IMG/VR virus record: IMGVR_UViG_3300033153_004222
Location: 1-64,000 of that record
Length of the DNA stretch: 64,000 nt
Reading direction: 5' to 3' (one strand)
Source: a virus
Shown here: positions 61,201-64,000 of the stretch, one piece after another
How positions within the stretch are numbered: position 1 is the stretch's first letter
How the letters are laid out: each line of letters begins with the position of its first letter
Translations under genes and position numbers: made by a program
The notes under the pieces: model-generated
Seen by the model: the letters and a program-made list of their open reading frames with translations, nothing else
What the model was told of the DNA's origin: nothing
Databases searched by the model: none

Positions 61201-62100
61201 CTCCATTATTGCTTCTGACTGATTCAGACCTATAGCAGTTCCTAATGTTCCGGCTCCTTTCATCAATTGAGCACCCCATTTTCCCATATTAGCTGCCAAT
61301 GCAGCACTTCCTGCTCCAAAAGTAGCTCCTACAACAAAACCTTGTCCAACAAATGCCCCTATAGAGCCAACTAAAGAAGATCCATTCTCAAACCACCAAG
61401 CAGGATCACCTGCATCAAAAGATTCTCCTGGTCTTTCTCTATAAATGCTAAACTCTTCATTCATAGCTTCCTTTGCCTTATTCATAGCAGATGATATAGG
61501 ATTACCTACCTCATCATCCTGGTTGTAATAGTCTTCAAAATCAAGCATAGAAGCCATTCCTCCTACAAAATCAAATACAGCCGTACCTACAGTTCTAACA
61601 ACTGCATTTCCTGCTTGGTCCCAATGAGATTGCCCAACAGCTCTTCTTCTGTTTAGTTCATCCATTCCAACTGAACCATGAATATTATCCATGTATTTTG
61701 AATAGTCGTCTACATCTATATTATAGTTTGCGTGAGATGTAAATTTACTTTCTAACTCTTCTCCTTCGAGAGTTCTTGTGCCATTTTGGACTGAAATCCA
61801 ATCATTTTTGGTAAAAGGAAATCCGGTAAGAGGATCTATCATAGGAGAAATCCAATAAGGATCGTCTTCTAAACGATCTATATTCGCATCTCCATCTGTA
61901 ACAGCTTGATTGTCGTTAGCGTTTTGAGTGTAAAAATCTGGTTCCGTTCTGTTCCATTCTTCTACTGATTCCTGTTCTTCTTTTCTTAACTTCTCCAGAT
62001 CATCATCACTATACTCTACACCAGTATCAGGATCTATAGCATTATCGTATAATCCTTTTGTTTGTTGAAATACTTTACTGGCTCTATCATGGTGTGGCAT
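49255..62100 (-). CDS. Giant virion-associated RNA polymerase (crAss-like, two-barrel) with zincin domain
   Basis: 4281 aa; GYRIPTQG and TGADFDVDK (52006-52029) catalytic motifs; SDAQGY; HESFH zincin motif (56671-56685). Confidence 0.9.
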   Translation of the reverse strand: MPHHDRASKVFQQTKGLYDNAIDPDTGVEYSDDDLEKLRKEEQESVEEWNRTEPDFYTQNANDNQAVTDGDANIDRLEDDPYWISPMIDPLTGFPFTKNDWISVQNGTRTLEGEELESKFTSHANYNIDVDDYSKYMDNIHGSVGMDELNRRRAVGQSHWDQAGNAVVRTVGTAVFDFVGGMASMLDFEDYYNQDDEVGNPISSAMNKAKEAMNEEFSIYRERPGESFDAGDPAWWFENGSSLVGSIGAFVGQGFVVGATFGAGSAALAANMGKWGAQLMKGAGTLGTAIGLNQSEAIMEAGTVYRDNILLYKSLGASESEAKAKAAADASDVVNINRANIALNLVSASMFTRAGRNSVLASREKIKPYTNFWSKEGLKVAGLETGQEFAEEQINFIAGASGSKAITGVNDDNIFEALTNKRTMGRHVKDPHFWEAGVLGAVGGFGQYAGTKAIKQMTGAAAKEEAQYAKQEQRIQEIDQMFDNINQSNLSTTFMKGAALQAHMDAQSEVQEKINKAISEGASEEEVDKLKLEAQNLAKQSLWDQTVMSLNDGTTGHLVNSYKRFADMTEEQREAKGLDEGAQKRAQEAVEFIEEMEGTWNDMAGIVGKNRQVRNTAISNRIYNYEQKKALKEIKAAIQEQDADISEERSLLSAEDNAKTDVELAIENETIGTAMKIKSILNKNFDKINKQRLKGNKSYRELLKDNFSKGQRKKFDQKTERIGRGRKAYEETLHKAIQAGKFDRNTFEQFRRSVALSNHPDRTARLEILDRLGLKLKEAETRARQEALRQEANKINADIQANIKEQANKLREELGLPPDVTEKLEEKGKKKGGKKKGYDYNKAPDGIKLALDRLENLYELPDSEMTDELAAEITTLEKLVDSWDGKPEETPPEKDEAPVIQGGRILTGYDKDGKAIYESLDPADETPTTEDPGPPNETLAALTEQMKQDFNERLLQVLEEAETSEEFLAGVQPLEDADDLKAQDKSLVNQRLDELKEWEDNQKERDQKQLDIQKEAEESQTDEGGGISTETVIVLQDSQESSDLKNDPTLEEDEEVEVDPANPTDPQDTMQEDGVVRTTNPQYDISEDAVGSVNTQFLQITLEAKDVRSASTPNLLRYTNQESLYVRGLDEDGNPIKKPATKYKIVPKHKIKNLAEKIESGEVTPIYWYPIKIDPKTGVPVTKNVRGMEKFLHNRKPGDLTPLLSGTLEGDALYMVNENPDDVILEEQVIDFEQWVDPLVATKGSKVVLRKGEYKHPKTGNPLYVPEEGKVLQQDPITIHTIDKDGNVSKPLQKLAAGDFDLRMNWDTYVDEDGNVEMFVENKNRGFVMNTKIKGESAKLPLSDLGVIGEDFSIGVGKASTREGGGAVLFWNRETNTWESMDAMSERGRLYAMIPSANGAIVPVRLETKTISRANAESVIDNILLNPKLDGEQKKAIIEDLIATKAGHNISKSENPKAPLFYVDNSAIKIKVGNQIIGVDHQNRGKHNNLRKALGLEDEAGNPIDPKQAVPGSQAYHVRIFQSLENSPEGNYGEQVMGVDPNGKAFVKREWIGGGNATLGATSEDKLLMESAINAFRENLIEAIMGKSYQVSKEKVIENGPVKDYTTGKEYSSYTEYLSDKEVDGVPGLVTTDVAPGQKFTDSKVKLVPIQKSDSVTNDNVATVQSETDTVGEEIKKNQQVVEGEGDSHSEVEKPGIKVDENSEENATVENTDIEGNELKEGEDDSPDIKWREASLEVENKFQENPGNILTEAEVDWIVRTFGPDHILPMANAKYIQMKGGRQAYGAYSNGLVLLARLGAKGTAYHESFHVVMDLATTEQEKKQVFRAMQEKYGTFSLAEEDALKKLYPKKTKAELEEIFFEEKAAELFREFMEAEESKGRIKKTKLGRIIQKIFDRIRKAILAIRIYGTTILNPDSIYLSSMTMERMFLKIKVGDFKISDATKAKMKSEKFNPNDAMLRSKPEWSNAEKDGMVESLRFGLVTKVLPKMIADGTSKAQSVEDILSKREYTKDLMQGIENLRETMQNYVEVLDKFIQKNEGKSGSETSVYNSKIKRKNVHRAIENSKGAWLDINKGGVVQNPGFKGLLLNSLRKHGVAITLAQSKEGWTVDKFEKIEKEALELGIPTVDDDGDPSTNSKERIHGENYFYSSPKKTMSWQVKTALSFIQKPVIRDSNKKIIDDGKSKFTGLPSFLNFDEVYADLASKLAGYQPHQIEERLKELAQWKSSISAVYQKYLTWDSRTKTAFRSNFSKTQLKFMTAVVDKNGAWELIETNRQDVQKQIVERWNTNRNILGLFNADGSINSAVLSNLGKQYQDLFSHIKNPTEYYKHVNRVFKHIGIEFEPNVLKMFETTYPPSEFQKTVVEGKFSHILKELGYNPSNKQISKGSNPYTTTGAKGQTKNFKKIAQLVQDVSSDLYTGSFTNGEGKLVYSINLNSYLSKLSSEMATKEGVEKIWETFNRDVYYNPDDTGVARSMLFSLLLDFKDSNGINKVREEFALIELDSTKLERGDEAITYDKMTPKQTWLTRLNFYRNNGHYKNTGYGLINTGTKSDKGRSLYIRVPLLASNKNKVPQLNATGGLIGEIQGVKNAAKAVLRRNVLQERARISRVHSQLFGENALPDSKLKENYHYKGKNPDGTLNREAANGLKFMSIPDLNFTNYNLFDSDGNVKFFNKTELTAVDKALDAFMERETLRSKRAMVADGVLVEHDGKFYSDEISPDKFSSSTTNIGTEENPIVVSDVDDAMTEFLLNDLVWRTEFSKYENGDLAYYKSTEKDISKNDEFPGAKGKFVSVVVDAGKRAYQSITPGLDHMVSQMALDSNSQDDYGKTKEIRMAIIEDIYSKMSLNRAANLAIGFTKNPSWEGALGVTGAKNVIKHIEALEEKINEETDKTKKKKLEKKLDAFFKALPVAERKAVKIVLPYRRGSNKSDAQGYTTLEAHKKTMEGRGEWTTEGEHSHEVAYNEYWTKESDPNTWPEWAQKLALKPLKTFSFGYHFDETLQQVVFTQIKHSTVPLYPAFTKTNPELDKLRRRMETTGEFADKGLTKIDAVNLESAVKVGKSGVTKYNNKSSAELENMEVHVLQSDNERSPFVLPAEKGMNPKDGSQIVKLITADMVPGAIYDSIEGIKELLTEDIKNVNDLVYVEKIKRTADKLSKELGWNEFKNNPNDPDIALNFLKKIQKLLLEQIESRELPDNYSLALEIEKIEGEIQFAMPLSFPAYAKKFEIALASIFKARVMTQRMPGDSAVQVAEYGLDETNDLGYYRFEDGRLKAAEVAISYQQANKLGLLEYVNSETGVVDYQAMERAGMDKSVLELVGYRIPTQGKSSMLPLIIKKVLPPTAKGQIVLPADITTQTGADFDVDKLNLFYPALEETGENTFQKVPVADKIEALKDGKIDVSSLTDKEIQNVLFSIRFGILTSKNHAPDVINPLDTDTYKNKMKEYGEIPGMLQDTGTFNFNSAYTDVYLESVNKDAKVLVGIFANHSVAHALSQDIDIQITDPKKGVFIEMDNGEGVTIGTKENPIRDLSGIYGFDGELRSLYLNEDLNASLDNAKDPITGSLNINTFTANIVAMFNRLGINNSIATDFINQPVIRELKKRFALDEHAYTPSETANRMAAELNLPTKGPNGKKIQYGAAEENRIKITPEGLRKSLGKDISEMAEEEPGSSGITGAGKHGQVPGLQFQKQVLMDFVKYWDMGSDLAKSNKMLAPDRFTAMSGLSDIELWLNNKNFVESGEANITVKGVYPAKDAVTKQPVGPSSSPRLNAYYEHAILGAEEVISEFMPYNSDFFLRAKKFLAEMTHQKNGTFNDKKLIERMNSDIYSFIMFTQGSPVAALMNQRTKEESKKKLFKPKEGESNQTVAQDLTNIKYLYNLGENKLLKYLSGDIYNGSNKFQMVRFNNAASYTQETKSAFVDAFYELFYHTERNVNVKWDSKSGKHIRLNAAEKQKAVEHVKKVMTNLVDYSIRTSGFQSGPNSFVDLIPLIIWKSLGEDIAGNTTASLSKFLKDLNEGSFKTYFPYLAGRDSHGWGYLSLEEQDSEGRDRKAIEEDKKIEALAVPELLMQILRNRISDPKLIKKVRADQVSPITMGYTKSKRHFIETFSVGEDSNLFVQGKKGSAINGFPQVVTMWDKNSKKRRGYRKLLEGGGATSKNAFAHYTHMDALGEQNKFFEVYPEEINPESIHPDNTDVDTSGPPAKPTAGSPDPTVTTPGDNTNIVATDNNIVNKTVEEQISYEQGETNINLGDDMDELEVRGSKEFTDAMKKAQEDGDSQIKCNE

Positions 62101-62114
62101 ATTCTATATTTTAT

Positions 62115-64000
62115 CTATGGATTTGTTTGAGTATATTGACGAGTTTCTGTTGAAAAATCATCTCCCTTTACGCTTAAAGATATTAATATTTCTCCGGCTC
62201 TTGCCATATCACTTGTTTGACGTACACCTCTAAATAATTTATCTGCATCTGCATACTGCTGTTGAACATTTTTTAAATATTCTTTAGCTTTAGACATATC
62301 ACTAAATTCTTTTTTAAAGTTATTTTTCTTAAATTCTTTTTGAGCCATTTTTAATTGCCACATTCCCAAAATTGCATTAGATAGAGAGGGATCGGACATT
62401 ATCACTTTATTCTTAAGAGCTCCTCTAACATCATCTACAGTAAGATCTTCTAATGCTTTTTCAAAATCATCGTACATTTCAGTTCCTTCATATTGCTCTT
62501 TCATCGTAGCTGTCATATTATCATACATACTATATAGAGGATTTCCTTGAATCTCATTAAAAGCAAATTGAGGATTAACATTAGTTCCTGTTTTTGTGAA
62601 TTGTATTTGGTGATTTGCTGGAGCTAATTTTGCAGCTATAGAATGAGGATTTGTTTTATTTTTTGCACCAAATGGATCATTAAGATTAACAAAATGAAAT
62701 TGAAATGCTGATGTATTGGTTGTATTGGTTCCTGCATTCATGTTATTAGCCGCTACTTCAAACTGACGATCTATATCTTTACTTTGTACTAATAGACTTG
62801 CTGCATAATCACGGGCTCCCATACTTGATGCATCATCTTTAATGTAATATTGTTTTTGTTTTTGAACGCCTGGAGTTTTTGGATCTATATCTACATCAGC
62901 CCCTGTATCATCTTTTGCAAATTCAGAATCTGTTATAAAAGAATGTAAACCATCATATAAGGATTGATTGGAACTTCGTTTACTATAAATAGTATATTGT
63001 TGATTTTCTTTTGTTCCTTTTTCTTCACCATTACTCTTAAATGTTTTCACAGTTGCATTTACTTGAATTGGAAGAACTTGTTCTCCAGAAATTCCTATAT
63101 CATCTAAAGCAATTCCTGTTATATCTGTTACATCAATACTTAATTTCTCCATTTCTTCTGGAGTTAATTCTTTTCCAGTTGCATCTGTAACAACGAAAGA
63201 GGCTAAAGAATTATTAACATGATCTACTGCATCTTGATATTTCTGTATATGTTGATTATACTTACGTAAATCTGCTGATTTTCCTAAATCAGCGGGGCGT
63301 TTAACTTCAAAATACATATTAGCAGCTGAACCAGAAGTAGTTTCATTATTTAATAAATAATCATCCATCTGATCGGTAACAGTTTTCAAATTCTTTTCTA
63401 TGCCCATTCTTAATATATCATTCATATCTCCTCCAGTTTCAGTTAAACGAGATAAAAACATATCTTGCATCATAGTTATTGTTTTAGGATCTCCTCCAGC
63501 AGCAATTGCCGCATCTCTAAGGGCATTTTTTTGTTCTTGTGTAGAAGAACTATTTAAAAACCCTAACTCTGTATTTCCTATTCCATTTTTAGTCAATCTT
63601 TCAAAAACTTCTGGTTCTAAGAAAGCTCCTGAATTTTTATACAGTTTAAGATGAGTTTCATAAGTCTTTAATTGTTTTTCTCTTTCTTTACCAGTTAATT
63701 TTCTTCCTCCATTATGTAATATAAACTGTTCTGAATCAGGGTGTCTTTCTGCATAAACTTGATTAAGAGAAGTATAAGCACTTATATCAGTTTGACTTTT
63801 ATTTGAGGCATCATCATATAAAAGAGTTTTAGTATCTTTTAAGAATGTATCAAATTCGTCTTGTGTAAATGTTTTTCCTGTTTGAGCTTCTATAGAATCT
63901 TTATACATATTATACATAGATTCAGCATTTTGTTGTTGCATTACTGATTCTGGATTATTTGGATCAACAGCCATATTTTTATCATCAACTACAGCTATTA
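62115..64000 (-). CDS. Virion cargo protein, 5' end probably outside window
   Basis: Frame stays open upstream of the ATG at 63974 to the window edge; directly upstream of the RNAP gene. Confidence 0.65.
   Translation of the reverse strand, partial: IAVVDDKNMAVDPNNPESVMQQQNAESMYNMYKDSIEAQTGKTFTQDEFDTFLKDTKTLLYDDASNKSQTDISAYTSLNQVYAERHPDSEQFILHNGGRKLTGKEREKQLKTYETHLKLYKNSGAFLEPEVFERLTKNGIGNTELGFLNSSSTQEQKNALRDAAIAAGGDPKTITMMQDMFLSRLTETGGDMNDILRMGIEKNLKTVTDQMDDYLLNNETTSGSAANMYFEVKRPADLGKSADLRKYNQHIQKYQDAVDHVNNSLASFVVTDATGKELTPEEMEKLSIDVTDITGIALDDIGISGEQVLPIQVNATVKTFKSNGEEKGTKENQQYTIYSKRSSNQSLYDGLHSFITDSEFAKDDTGADVDIDPKTPGVQKQKQYYIKDDASSMGARDYAASLLVQSKDIDRQFEVAANNMNAGTNTTNTSAFQFHFVNLNDPFGAKNKTNPHSIAAKLAPANHQIQFTKTGTNVNPQFAFNEIQGNPLYSMYDNMTATMKEQYEGTEMYDDFEKALEDLTVDDVRGALKNKVIMSDPSLSNAILGMWQLKMAQKEFKKNNFKKEFSDMSKAKEYLKNVQQQYADADKLFRGVRQTSDMARAGEILISLSVKGDDFSTETRQYTQTNP

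Noticed and set aside
45382-63654. Numerous short plus-strand ORFs within the cargo and RNAP genes
   Set aside because: Antisense shadows of long minus-strand genes with no independent coding signal.
1-64000. Stop-codon reassignment (TAG or TGA), known in some crAss-like phages
   Set aside because: Core genes are full length in the standard code, and TAG and TGA both end genes that are immediately followed by new starts (e.g. 29265, 21415).

Overview
This window is a fragment of an AT-rich Crassvirales-like (crAss-like) dsDNA phage genome with a probable Bacteroidota host, judged from TAnnTTTG promoter elements and gene content. It uses the standard genetic code. It has three blocks. (1) 1-16.3 kb, minus strand: virion module with tail proteins, a probable auxiliary capsid protein, ring protein, major capsid protein, scaffold-like protein, portal, TerL, an IHF/HU-like protein, a PD-(D/E)xK nuclease and holins. 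(2) 16.5-43.5 kb, plus strand: a poorly coding switch region with repeated motifs, a ~1.5 kb cluster of structured ncRNAs (ROOL-like RNA, a three-way junction, an 82-nt tmRNA tRNA-like domain with no mRNA-like domain, and a GOLLD-like RNA), many small early ORFs separated by structured RNAs, a Mom-like DNA modifier, and a replication module (PolA, SF2 helicase, AAA_24/Sak4-like ATPase, SSB-like protein, primase, RusA-like resolvase, 5'-3' exonuclease, MoxR-like AAA+ with vWA-like partner). (3) 43.5-64 kb, minus strand: putative endolysin and large virion cargo proteins, including a 4281-aa RNA polymerase. The most notable observations are the ncRNA cluster with the mini-tmRNA and a small early protein ending in GADFDVDK, identical to the phage's own RNAP catalytic loop. 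All family names come from motifs recognised by eye; no database searches were run.
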